Assembly: GCA_947471365.1 (NCBI GenBank)
Contig: CANIWQ010000003.1
Location: 705-64,704 of the forward strand
Direction: 5' to 3'
Origin: Gemmatimonadota bacterium
GTDB taxonomy: Bacteria > Gemmatimonadota > Gemmatimonadetes > Gemmatimonadales > Gemmatimonadaceae
DNA: 64,000 nt
The position numbers were made by a program, and so were the translations under genes. The notes under the pieces are model-generated. The model saw only the letters and a program-made list of their open reading frames with translations. It searched no databases and had not been told where the DNA came from. The stretch's first letter is position 1. Every line of letters starts with the position of its first letter. Below, piece by piece: positions 1 through 8,395 of the stretch.

Positions 1-1
1 A

Positions 2-1879
2 GCGGGCGAGTCGATCGCCGCAGGCACGGTCTTCACGCTCCCCGCGCTCTTGTTGCTCGGCTACGAGTTGCCGTGGGCCAAGGTCGCGGCGATCGCGGTC
101 GTGGGCGGCATCCTCGGTGTGCTGCTGATGGTGCCCCTGCGCCGATCGCTCATCGTCAAGGAGCACGCGGCGCTCAAGTATCCCGAGGGCACCGCGTGCG
201 CGGAAGTCCTCATCGTTGGCGAAGAGCGCGGCGTGCAGGCCAAGACCGTGTTCCTCGGCTTCGGTCTCGGGGCGCTGTACAAACTGCTCAACGGCGGCAT
301 GCACCTCTGGGCCGAAGTGCCAGTCAAGCTCTTTCAGCGCGTTACCAGCGCCGCCAAGCCGGAGCTGATCGGCGAGATTCGCGCCGAAGTCAGTCCGGAG
401 CTGACCGGTGTCGGCTACATCATTGGACCACGCATCTCCGGGCTCCTCTTTGGCGGCGGACTGCTGTCGTTCTTCGTGCTCATTCCCGCCATCAAACTCT
501 TTGGTGCTGGCCTGACGAACGCCATCTTCCCGGCCACGAAACTCATCGCCGACATGTCGCCGATGGAAGTGCGCGCGAACTACGTCTATTACATCGGCGC
601 CGGCGCGGTGACTGCCGCCGGCCTGATGTCGCTCGGCCGAGCGATGCCGATGATTCTCGCTGCAATGAAGGCCGGCTTCACGATCGGCGGCGGCGGCGAC
701 AATACCGTGCGCACCGAACGCGAACTCTCCATGAAGATCGTCGCGATCGGCGTGCTCGCGTGCGTGGCGGCGATTGTCTTCTTGCCACAGATCCGCATGC
801 CGCTCGTCGGCGCGTTGCTCGCGGTGGCCTTTGCCTTCCTCTTTGTGTCAGTGTCGAGCCGCATCACCGGACAGATCGGCGCCTCGGCGAATCCGATTTC
901 TGGCATGACCGTTGCCACCGTACTTCTGACCGCGCTGCTCTTTCTCGCGGTTGGCTGGAAGGGCATTGAACATCGCGTACTCGCGCTCTCGATTGGCGGC
1001 GTGGTGTGCATCGCGGCAGCGGTGGCGGGCGCCACGTCACAAGATCTCAAGACCGGCTTCCTCGTGGGTGCCACGCCGAAGAGTCAGCAGATTGGCCTAA
1101 TCTTTGGCGTGACGACCTCCGCGCTGGTGATCGGCGGCATGATCTCATTCTTGAACACCGCCAAGACGACCTATGTGATCCGCAGCTATCCTGGGATCGC
1201 CATGTCGTACGTTGAGCCCACCGAACGTATTTCGCTCGACGGCGTGGCCTACAAAGTTGGGCGTCTCGACGAGCGCACCGGCGATGCGCCGGCCGGCCGT
1301 TACCTGCTCGACGACGCGGGCGCGGTGAAGTTCCTCGTGGATCCCGGCATCGGCGGTCGCGAGGCCACCGACTACAAGGGCCGTACGGTCGACAAACTCG
1401 ACTCGCCCAAGTCCCAGATCATGGCACTTGTCGTGGACGGCATTCTCACGCAAAAGCTGCCGTGGGGGCTCATTCTCATTGGCGCGTTCATTGCAATTGC
1501 GATGGAAATTTTCGGGCTCCCGTCGCTGGCCGTGTGCGTGGGCGTGTATCTCCCCATCTCCACGTCCGCCACGATGTTCATGGGTGGCGTCGTCCGCTGG
1601 CTGATCGACCGTGCGGCCATCAAACGCGGCGAAACGTCCGAGAGCGAAGACAGCGGCCCCGGCGTGCTCTTCTCGTCGGGCCTCATCGCCGGTGGCGCCA
1701 TTCTCGGCGTGGCGATCGCCGCGCTTCAGGCGCTGCAACTCGACGGCGCGATCAACGCCGAGAAGTGGTTTGGCCCGGGTGTGACGGCGATCACGGAAAA
1801 TCCGATCGTGGCCATGGCAGCGTACGTTCTCCTGCTCGCCGTCCCCCTCTACCGCATCGCGCGCCGCCCCCCCGCATGA
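2..1879 (+). CDS. OPT family oligopeptide transporter (5' end outside window)
   Basis: Frame is open to the window edge (AGESIAAGTVFTLPALLLLGYELPW...). Many TM helices. OPT-like motifs NPISGMTVAT and TSQDLKTGFLVGATP. Confidence 0.9.
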   Translation, partial: AGESIAAGTVFTLPALLLLGYELPWAKVAAIAVVGGILGVLLMVPLRRSLIVKEHAALKYPEGTACAEVLIVGEERGVQAKTVFLGFGLGALYKLLNGGMHLWAEVPVKLFQRVTSAAKPELIGEIRAEVSPELTGVGYIIGPRISGLLFGGGLLSFFVLIPAIKLFGAGLTNAIFPATKLIADMSPMEVRANYVYYIGAGAVTAAGLMSLGRAMPMILAAMKAGFTIGGGGDNTVRTERELSMKIVAIGVLACVAAIVFLPQIRMPLVGALLAVAFAFLFVSVSSRITGQIGASANPISGMTVATVLLTALLFLAVGWKGIEHRVLALSIGGVVCIAAAVAGATSQDLKTGFLVGATPKSQQIGLIFGVTTSALVIGGMISFLNTAKTTYVIRSYPGIAMSYVEPTERISLDGVAYKVGRLDERTGDAPAGRYLLDDAGAVKFLVDPGIGGREATDYKGRTVDKLDSPKSQIMALVVDGILTQKLPWGLILIGAFIAIAMEIFGLPSLAVCVGVYLPISTSATMFMGGVVRWLIDRAAIKRGETSESEDSGPGVLFSSGLIAGGAILGVAIAALQALQLDGAINAEKWFGPGVTAITENPIVAMAAYVLLLAVPLYRIARRPPA

Positions 1880-2409
1880 CCAATCTCGGATCACTCTCGA
1901 GTCGCCTTCGGCCTGCGCAACCGCGCCGACTGAACATTGTGTTGCGCGACTCGATGGTGATTGAGGGCTACATCCACATTGGCGAGGACCAGTCGCTGGT
2001 CCAGTATTTCAGCTCGCGCCGCGGCGGGTGGATGAACGTCACCCGCGCACGGCGCACGCGCACCGACGATGCGCCGGGGCACATCATCGTGCAGTCGGAG
2101 CACGTGGTGATGGCGTCGGCACCCGACGGTGGCGTCATGGTGACCAGCGCGCCCGGCGCGGAGGAGCGCCCGGTAGAAGTCGTGCTGGTGGGCGGTCACA
2201 CCATTCGCGGCCACCTGCCCGCCGGCCCGAAGCAACGCCTCTCCGACGTGATCGCCGCCTACGGCAAGTTCATTGGCATCACGCGCGCGACGCTCTCCGA
2301 CGGTCGCGCACTCGGTGACTTGGCGCTCAACGCTGGTGCGATTGCCTTGCTACGCGACCTGCGCGACGCGGCACCGATCGACGAAGGACTGTCCGGGCCG
2401 GAACTCTAG
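1876..2409 (+). CDS. hypothetical protein with an internal two-fold repeat
   Basis: ATG at 1876 overlaps the OPT stop (ATGA). Two similar ~60-aa modules: IVLRDSMVIEGYIHIGEDQSLVQYF...NVTRA and VVLVGGHTIRGHLPAGPKQRLSDVI...GITRA. The upstream part of ORF 1462..2409 lies inside the OPT gene in another frame. Confidence 0.55.
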   Translation: MTNLGSLSSRLRPAQPRRLNIVLRDSMVIEGYIHIGEDQSLVQYFSSRRGGWMNVTRARRTRTDDAPGHIIVQSEHVVMASAPDGGVMVTSAPGAEERPVEVVLVGGHTIRGHLPAGPKQRLSDVIAAYGKFIGITRATLSDGRALGDLALNAGAIALLRDLRDAAPIDEGLSGPEL

Positions 2410-2410
2410 C

Positions 2411-2449
2411 GCGATAACCGGTGGCGCCGTACGCGCCGCCGGTTATCGC
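2411..2449. terminator. long hairpin between convergent genes (no U-tract)
   Basis: GCGATAACCGGTGGCG (2411-2426) pairs with CGCCGCCGGTTATCGC (2434-2449): 16 bp with 1 mismatch. It sits between the stop at 2409 (+) and the stop at 2443 (-). Confidence 0.4.
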
Positions 2450-3318
2450 GTGCAGCGCGGCGTCATAGGCGCCGGCGCGCCAGGGGCGAGTGCGCGCAGA
2501 CGGTCGGCGAAATTCGTGAACAGTCCGTCTACGCCGAGGGCGAGAAGTCGGCGCATGTCGCTCTCGTCGTCCACGGTGTATGGATGTATCGCCAGACAGT
2601 GCGCGTGCGCCGACGCCACAAAGGCGCTGTCCACCAGTTTGCGGTCGGGACCCACGCCGTCGGCGTAGCGGGCAATCTCGGTGAATGCGGAATCGAGGGC
2701 CGAGCGCGGAATCGGCTCACTCAGCAACTGCACCAGCGGCAGCGTGGACGCGAGTTCATGCACGAGTCGCAAACTGCGCTGGCTGAACGACTGCACCACC
2801 ACCTGCCCACGCGGCGCCTCGCCCGGCATCAGACGGTACTGACGCACCAGTCCAAGGAGTCGCCGCTCCATCCCGGGCGCGTCTTCGGGGTTTTTGGTTT
2901 CGATGTAGTAGTTCGCCCGTGCGCCGTACCGCTGAAACAACTCCTCAAGGGTCGGAATGCGTGCATCGGCAAATGCGGGAGTGGCGAGCGTCGGCTGCCG
3001 CTCGTTGAACCACTGGCCAGCGCTGCAGCGCCGTAGCTGCGCGAGGGTGTGGTCGATGACGCGCCCCGTGCAGTCGGCCGCATCGCCGCGCGCGGTGCGA
3101 TTGAGCGTCGGATCGTGGAGCACGACGAGCACGGAGTCGCTCGTCATCTGCAAATCCTGCTCGATATAATCGGCGCCCATCGCCATCGCGCGGTCGTACG
3201 ACGCGAACGTGTGCTCGGGATTCGTACCCGAAGCTCCCCGGTGGGCGATGACGACTGGGCGGGCGCTGAAAGCGAGGAACGCCGCGGCCAACCAGAGCGG
3301 TAGGAGTGCAAAGAGCAT
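2443..3318 (-). CDS. glycerophosphodiester phosphodiesterase family protein (secreted)
   Basis: GDPD motifs VIAHRGASGTNPEHT, EQDLQMTSD and LVVLHD. The start at MLFALLPLWLAAAFLAFS (ATG 3318) gives a signal peptide. The longer ORF to 3537 has an Arg-rich, non-coding-looking N-terminus. Confidence 0.85.
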   Translation of the reverse strand: MLFALLPLWLAAAFLAFSARPVVIAHRGASGTNPEHTFASYDRAMAMGADYIEQDLQMTSDSVLVVLHDPTLNRTARGDAADCTGRVIDHTLAQLRRCSAGQWFNERQPTLATPAFADARIPTLEELFQRYGARANYYIETKNPEDAPGMERRLLGLVRQYRLMPGEAPRGQVVVQSFSQRSLRLVHELASTLPLVQLLSEPIPRSALDSAFTEIARYADGVGPDRKLVDSAFVASAHAHCLAIHPYTVDDESDMRRLLALGVDGLFTNFADRLRALAPGAPAPMTPRCTR

Positions 3319-3374
3319 AACGGACGATATTCGCTCCGGTCTGGCCACGCTACGGGAGCCACGCAAATCCGCGT

Positions 3375-3396
3375 CACAAACGCGCCACAAACGCGC
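3375..3396. repeat. 11-bp tandem direct repeat CACAAACGCGC x2 (+CAC)
   Basis: Read directly at 3375-3385 and 3386-3396, in the divergent intergenic region between the GDPD gene and the amidohydrolase gene. Confidence 0.6.
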
Positions 3397-3467
3397 CACG
3401 GCTGGACGGACGTTCGCGCGAGGGCGAACTTCATAGGGTTGCTCGTCCCGTCCGGCTCCTTCCACCC

Positions 3468-5144
3468 GTGCTGAACATGCGTCGCATTCTCGCGTTTCTT
3501 GTGGCCGCCGCTCCGCTCGTCGCGCAGCAGAAACCAACGGCCGATCTCATCGTCACCAATGCGCGCGTCTACACCGTGGACGACGCCCATCCCGTGGCCG
3601 ATGCCATTGCCGTGCGCGGCGGCCGCGTGCTGTTCGTCGGCGACACCCGTGGCGCGCTCGCGCTTCGCGGAGCGCAAACGCGCGTCATCGATCTCGACGG
3701 TCGCACCGTCATTCCGGGCATGGTAGACGCGCACGGGCATGTGTCCGGACTCGGCTCCGCCCTAGCGATCGTCGACCTCACCGGCGCCTCGAGTTACGAC
3801 GAGATCATCGCGCGCGTTGTTGCCAAGGCCAAGAGCGCGCAGCCCGGCCAGTGGATCACGGGACGCGGCTGGGACCAGAACCGCTGGGGCGACACGCGCT
3901 TTCCGACGCACGACAAACTCACCGCGGCGGTGCCGAACAATCCGGTGCTGCTCCAGCGCGTAGACGGTCACGCCTACCTCGCGAACAAAAAGGCGATGGA
4001 CGCCGCGCAGCTGAGCGCCGCCACCAAGGATCCCTCGGGCGGCCACATGGAGCGTGACGCGAACGGCGCGCCCGCGGGCGTGTTCGTGGACAATGCGATG
4101 GGGCTCGTGACTCGCGTGCTCCCGCGCACGACACGTGACGACGAAAAAAAACAGATTCTCGCTGCCATCGCTGAGGCCCAGCGCTGGGGACTCACCGGCG
4201 TGCACGATGCAGGATCGAGCGCGCAGGTGCTCGACATTTACGAAGAGCTCGGCAAAGCTGGGCAAATGAATTTCCGCATGTACGCCATGATTAGCGGCGG
4301 ACGTGAAGAATCCGCCGTCGTCGACCAATGGCTCGCCCGCGGCCCGCAGAGCGGATTGTACGACGGTATGCTCTGGGTGCGCAGCATCAAGCTCTACGCC
4401 GACGGTGCCCTTGGGTCGCGCGGCGCGGCATTGCTCGACCCCTACACCGACGATCCGCACAACAACGGCTTGCTCGTCTCGCCGCCGGCGTTTATTCAGG
4501 AAATCGCCATCAAGGCGCTCAAGGCCGGCTTTCAGGTGAACACGCACGCCATCGGCGACCGCGGCAATCGCGTGTCGCTCGACGCGTACGAAGCGGCGCT
4601 CAAAGCGGTGCCCGTGGCAGATCATCGCTTCCGCATTGAGCACGCGCAGATTCTGAACTATGCCGACATCACCCGCTTCGCCAAGTTGGGCGTCATTCCG
4701 TCGATGCAGGCGAGTCACCAAACCAGTGACATGTACTGGGCCGGTACGCGGCTCGGCGTGTCGCGGCTCCCGGGCGCCTATGCGTGGCGTTCACTCATCG
4801 ACGCTGGCGTGGTCGTCCCCAACGGCAGTGATTTTCCGGTGGAGCAGCTGAATCCGATTATCTCATTTCACGCGTCCATTTCCCGACAGGACGCGGAAAA
4901 TTGGCCCGCCGGTGGATGGTATCCCGAACAACGCATGACGCGAGACGAAGCGCTGCGCTCCATGACCATCTGGCCTGCGTACGCCGCCTTTCAAGAAAAA
5001 GAGCTCGGCTCGCTCTCGCCCGGTAAATACGCCGATTTTGTGGTCTTAGACCAAGACATCATGCGCGTGCCGGCGGAACTCGTGATGAAGACGCGCGTGC
5101 TCAGCACCTGGGTCGGCGGCAAAGTCGTGTACGAGCACAAGTAG
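3468..5144 (+). CDS. amidohydrolase family (amidohydrolase_3-like) metal-dependent hydrolase, secreted
   Basis: Signal peptide MRRILAFLVAAAPLVAQQ. Metal-binding motif VDAHGHV. Size and C-terminal motif GSDFPVE fit the family. GTG 3468 or ATG 3477 are both possible starts. Confidence 0.85.
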   Translation: MLNMRRILAFLVAAAPLVAQQKPTADLIVTNARVYTVDDAHPVADAIAVRGGRVLFVGDTRGALALRGAQTRVIDLDGRTVIPGMVDAHGHVSGLGSALAIVDLTGASSYDEIIARVVAKAKSAQPGQWITGRGWDQNRWGDTRFPTHDKLTAAVPNNPVLLQRVDGHAYLANKKAMDAAQLSAATKDPSGGHMERDANGAPAGVFVDNAMGLVTRVLPRTTRDDEKKQILAAIAEAQRWGLTGVHDAGSSAQVLDIYEELGKAGQMNFRMYAMISGGREESAVVDQWLARGPQSGLYDGMLWVRSIKLYADGALGSRGAALLDPYTDDPHNNGLLVSPPAFIQEIAIKALKAGFQVNTHAIGDRGNRVSLDAYEAALKAVPVADHRFRIEHAQILNYADITRFAKLGVIPSMQASHQTSDMYWAGTRLGVSRLPGAYAWRSLIDAGVVVPNGSDFPVEQLNPIISFHASISRQDAENWPAGGWYPEQRMTRDEALRSMTIWPAYAAFQEKELGSLSPGKYADFVVLDQDIMRVPAELVMKTRVLSTWVGGKVVYEHK

Positions 5145-5521
5145 TGGCCGCACCAAAGCGGGCCCTGTTCCTGATTCGCACGGCGATGATCACCGGCGTG
5201 CTCGCCTTTGCGGTGGCGGTGATCGTGACGCGCCGTCAGGGCGCCGTCACTGCTGCCACCGACCGCGCCGCATCACTGCGAATGATGGCACAAGTGGCCG
5301 CGCTGATCGCAGGCATTGCTGTCATGGCGATGCGGACTCGCCTCTCGGCCGTCGCACCGTCACGCGATAGCACCATGCGCATCGTCGCATGGGCGTGCGG
5401 AGAATTTGCTGCCATCTTCGGACTCGTGGCGGTGCTCCTCACCGGCGCCGACGCGGCCGCGGCGCCCGGGCTGACGGTGTTCGCGCTTTCGCTCGTCCTT
5501 TTCCCATTGCCCCGCGACTGA
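5144..5521 (+). CDS. hypothetical 4-TM membrane protein
   Basis: GTG overlaps the preceding stop by 1 nt. Four hydrophobic segments. No recognisable family. Confidence 0.5.
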   Translation: MAAPKRALFLIRTAMITGVLAFAVAVIVTRRQGAVTAATDRAASLRMMAQVAALIAGIAVMAMRTRLSAVAPSRDSTMRIVAWACGEFAAIFGLVAVLLTGADAAAAPGLTVFALSLVLFPLPRD

Positions 5522-5522
5522 C

Positions 5523-6590
5523 ATGCTCAAGCCCGACGCCGTTGCCCTGCTCAAGCGCCTCCTCGACACGCCGGGTCCCTCCGGGTTCGAGTCGGCCCCC
5601 GCACGCGTGTGGCGCGACGAAGCGAGCACCTTCGCTGAGGTCACGGGCGACGTACACGGCAACTCGATTGCCGTCGTGAATCCCGGCGGCTCTCCCACGG
5701 TAATGCTCGCGGGCCACATCGACGAGATCGGCCTGATCGTCAACTGGATCGACGACGACGGATTTGTATACATCGGCCCGATCGGCGGTTGGGACCCGCA
5801 GGTGCTGGTGGGACAGCGTATCCGCTTCGCCGGACGCGACGGCGACGTGCTCGGCGTGGTCGGGAAAAAGCCGATTCACCTTATGAAAACCGAGGACCGC
5901 GAAAAAGCGTCAAAGATCACGGACCTCTGGGTGGACGTGGGCGCCTCCTCGCGTGCGCAAGCCGAGGCGAGGCTCTCCATTGGTGACGCGGGCGTCATCG
6001 ATTCGCGCGCGCTCGATTTTCCCAACGATCGTATTGTGTCGCGTTCCATCGACGATCGCATCGGCGCCTTTGTGGTGCTTGAAGCGCTGCGGCGCTACGC
6101 CGCGGATCCGGGCGAGGCGCGCGTCGTGGCCGTCGCCACCACACAGGAAGAGATCGCCTATATGGGCGGCGGTGCCCTCGTGGCCGGCGCACGGGTGAAC
6201 CCGGCGATGGCGATCGTCGTCGACGTCACCTTCGCCACCGATCACCCCTCCATGGAAAAGAAGGAACTCGGCGAGCACAAACTCGGCGGCGGGCCCGTGC
6301 TGACGCGCGGCTCAGTGGTCTCGCCGGTCGCGTTTCGTTTACTGCGCGACACCGCCGAGTCGCTACGTATGCCGTACAGCCTCCACGCCGCCGGTCGCGA
6401 CACCAGCACGGACGCTGACGCGATTCACCTGGCGCGCGAGGGCGTCGCCACGGCATTGCTCTCGGTGCCGAACCGCTACATGCACTCGCCCAACGAGATG
6501 GTGAGTCTTGTGGATCTCGATCGCGCGGCCACGTTGATTGCCGCCGCGTGCAAGGCGGTCACGGTAACGACGGATTTTACGGCGCGCTAA
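5523..6590 (+). CDS. M42 family metallopeptidase (glutamyl aminopeptidase / FrvX-like)
   Basis: N-terminus LLKRLLDTPGPSGFE, MLAGHIDEIGLIV, DDRIGAF and TTQEEI.. match M42 signatures. Starts 2 nt after the preceding stop. Confidence 0.85.
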   Translation: MLKPDAVALLKRLLDTPGPSGFESAPARVWRDEASTFAEVTGDVHGNSIAVVNPGGSPTVMLAGHIDEIGLIVNWIDDDGFVYIGPIGGWDPQVLVGQRIRFAGRDGDVLGVVGKKPIHLMKTEDREKASKITDLWVDVGASSRAQAEARLSIGDAGVIDSRALDFPNDRIVSRSIDDRIGAFVVLEALRRYAADPGEARVVAVATTQEEIAYMGGGALVAGARVNPAMAIVVDVTFATDHPSMEKKELGEHKLGGGPVLTRGSVVSPVAFRLLRDTAESLRMPYSLHAAGRDTSTDADAIHLAREGVATALLSVPNRYMHSPNEMVSLVDLDRAATLIAAACKAVTVTTDFTAR

Positions 6591-6622
6591 CGCAACAGCT
6601 CCGCGCGCTAATGCAACAGCTC
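6582..6622. repeat. 21-bp tandem duplication (GCGCGCTAAYGCAACAGCTC)
   Basis: Copies at 6582-6601 and 6603-6622 differ at one base. The first copy contains the M42 stop codon. Confidence 0.7.
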
Positions 6623-6647
6623 GGCGCACGAGGCGCGGGTGCTGGCC

Positions 6648-6726
6648 GCCGCCAGAGACGCCGCCAGAGACGCCGCCAGAGACGCCGCCAGAGACGCCGC
6701 CAGAGACGCCGCCAGAGACGCCGCCA
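6648..6726. repeat. 12-bp perfect tandem array GCCGCCAGAGAC x6 plus a partial 7th copy
   Basis: Six identical units at 6648-6719, then GCCGCCA. Located in the 153-nt convergent intergenic region, 18 nt downstream of the HEAT gene stop (minus strand). Confidence 0.95.
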
Positions 6727-6743
6727 TGCTGACGCGGCGGGAT

Positions 6744-8210
6744 TTAGGCGGCGGAAGGACGCGGAGACGCCAGCGCCAATCGCGCGGCCTCCGCCACTTC
6801 TTTGTCGCGGTCGTTCTGCAACGACCGGAGCGTATTCGTGGCGTTCGGGGTGCGCGCCTCGGCCAGCGCGTGTACGGCAGCCACCCGCAACCCACCTTTT
6901 TTCTTCGTCTTGAATAATCCGCCGCCCGATTCCGTGGCTTTGATCAGCTTCTGCACCGAGTCCGGCGTCGCAATGCGCCCGAGCGCCGACAACAGCGCGA
7001 ACTGCACCTCGAGCTGTTCTTCCTCGTCGATCGCCGCGCTGAGGAGCGTGGCGGAGCGCGTACTCTTGCGTGCAACGAGCGCGGCGATCGCGGCCAACCG
7101 AACGCTGGCCGATGAGTCGCCGAGCGCGCGCGCCAGCGCATCGAAGACAAACGCGGTGTCCGCGCGCGCGAGCGTACGCACCGCCGCACGACGCACCCGC
7201 TCGTCCACATGATTCAACAACTCGGCGATGGCCCGCTCGCTTTCCGCCGCGCCAAGATCGCCGAGCAGGAGCACCGCGTGCCGCACCATAAACCAGCGGG
7301 GGTCACTGAGCATTTGCGTGAGGGCGTCACGCACCCCTGGCAGTGCGACGAGCGCGGCGCGATACAGCTCGCGCTCGGCGTCCGCGCGGGCATTGATATA
7401 CTGATCCGCGAGGGCGTCCACGCCGTCCTGCCCGAACCGATCGAGAATATGCGCGGCCATCGCCGCGCGCGCTGGATTGGTCGCCACAAGATTGGCAATT
7501 GGTCGCAGAAAATTCGGCTTCGTCAACCGACGCAGTGCCACGAGGAAGAACCGCCGCACCTCGATTTCGGTCATCTGCGCTTCGATTTCCTGAAGCGCTG
7601 CGCACACCAACGCGGCATCCACCACGCGCCCTTCGCGGAACGCCGTCTCCGCGAGGAACATCAAGTTGTCGAGCATTCCCGACGCCGCCTGTGGGTCGGT
7701 CGTCGAAGCTAACTGCAGCAGCGCCGCACGTTCGGCAGAGTCGGACGCGAACGCGTCGAGATTCACGGTGACCGCGGCGCGCGGCGCCTCACGTGGAGCC
7801 GTCGACGCCTCACGCTTGAGGCGCACCGTCGGCGCCTCAAACACCAGGAGTTGCCGCGATGCCTCCGGGCCATCGCTCCCGCTTCCGTCGGCGAGCAATC
7901 GCGCAATCGTGAGCACGTCCGCAGCCACCGCGTGCTTGACAATCTCAAGTTCGGCAATGCCGCGACGTCCAAACTGCTCGGTGAGTTGGCGGGCGCCGGA
8001 GAGCGCGTTTGGCAGTTCCACGTCGTTGACCATGAGCCGGCCGTCCGTCACCGCCAAACGCGCCGTCCCATGTTTCGACATCGTCACGACAGCGCGCAAC
8101 GACGCCTTCTGCTCATCCACGGAGTCCGGCTCGTGGATCAACAGCCAGACGAGGCGAGCGAAATGACGGGCGAGAGTAAGGGCGTTGTCCATGCGTCGTC
8201 GGAGGGCCAT
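6744..8210 (-). CDS. HEAT-repeat domain protein
   Basis: The C-terminal half has repeated HEAT-like units (DERVRRAAVRTLA, SASVRLAAIAAL, LRVAAVHALAE, DKEVAEAARLAL). ATG 8210 (MALRRRMDNAL) was chosen. The ORF extension to 8318 only reads through the 10-bp array. Confidence 0.75.
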   Translation of the reverse strand: MALRRRMDNALTLARHFARLVWLLIHEPDSVDEQKASLRAVVTMSKHGTARLAVTDGRLMVNDVELPNALSGARQLTEQFGRRGIAELEIVKHAVAADVLTIARLLADGSGSDGPEASRQLLVFEAPTVRLKREASTAPREAPRAAVTVNLDAFASDSAERAALLQLASTTDPQAASGMLDNLMFLAETAFREGRVVDAALVCAALQEIEAQMTEIEVRRFFLVALRRLTKPNFLRPIANLVATNPARAAMAAHILDRFGQDGVDALADQYINARADAERELYRAALVALPGVRDALTQMLSDPRWFMVRHAVLLLGDLGAAESERAIAELLNHVDERVRRAAVRTLARADTAFVFDALARALGDSSASVRLAAIAALVARKSTRSATLLSAAIDEEEQLEVQFALLSALGRIATPDSVQKLIKATESGGGLFKTKKKGGLRVAAVHALAEARTPNATNTLRSLQNDRDKEVAEAARLALASPRPSAA

Positions 8211-8290
8211 GCTGGTGTCACCTGCAACACTCGCATAACATAAGCGGAATCTCCGGTTCACACTACAGTGTCGCGCGCCCCAGCGACTAG

Positions 8291-8380
8291 GCACCACCCC
8301 GTCACCACCCGTCACCACCCGTCACCACCCGTCACCACCCGTCACCACCCGTCACCACCCGTCACCACCCGTCACCACTC
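8291..8380. repeat. 10-bp tandem array GTCACCACCC, 7 perfect copies flanked by 2 degenerate copies
   Basis: Perfect units at 8301-8370, GCACCACCCC at 8291-8300 and GTCACCACTC at 8371-8380. It lies in the divergent intergenic region and ends 15 nt before the HDAC-like start codon. Confidence 0.95.
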
Positions 8381-8395
8381 GCCGCTCGAGACGCC

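Noticed and set aside
4144-4151. A8 homopolymer inside the amidohydrolase gene as a frameshift or phase-variation site
   Set aside because: It encodes in-frame DDEKKQ and the ORF is intact on both sides. There is no evidence of slippage.
6548-6917. Three overlapping ORFs encoding RQRR, ARDA or LAAS peptide repeats across the 12-bp array
   Set aside because: All frames on both strands are open only because the 12-nt unit lacks stops. The sequence lies between two convergent stop codons and there is no start context.
6648-8380. CRISPR array
   Set aside because: The repeats are head-to-tail with no spacers, the units are only 10-12 bp, and no cas genes are present.
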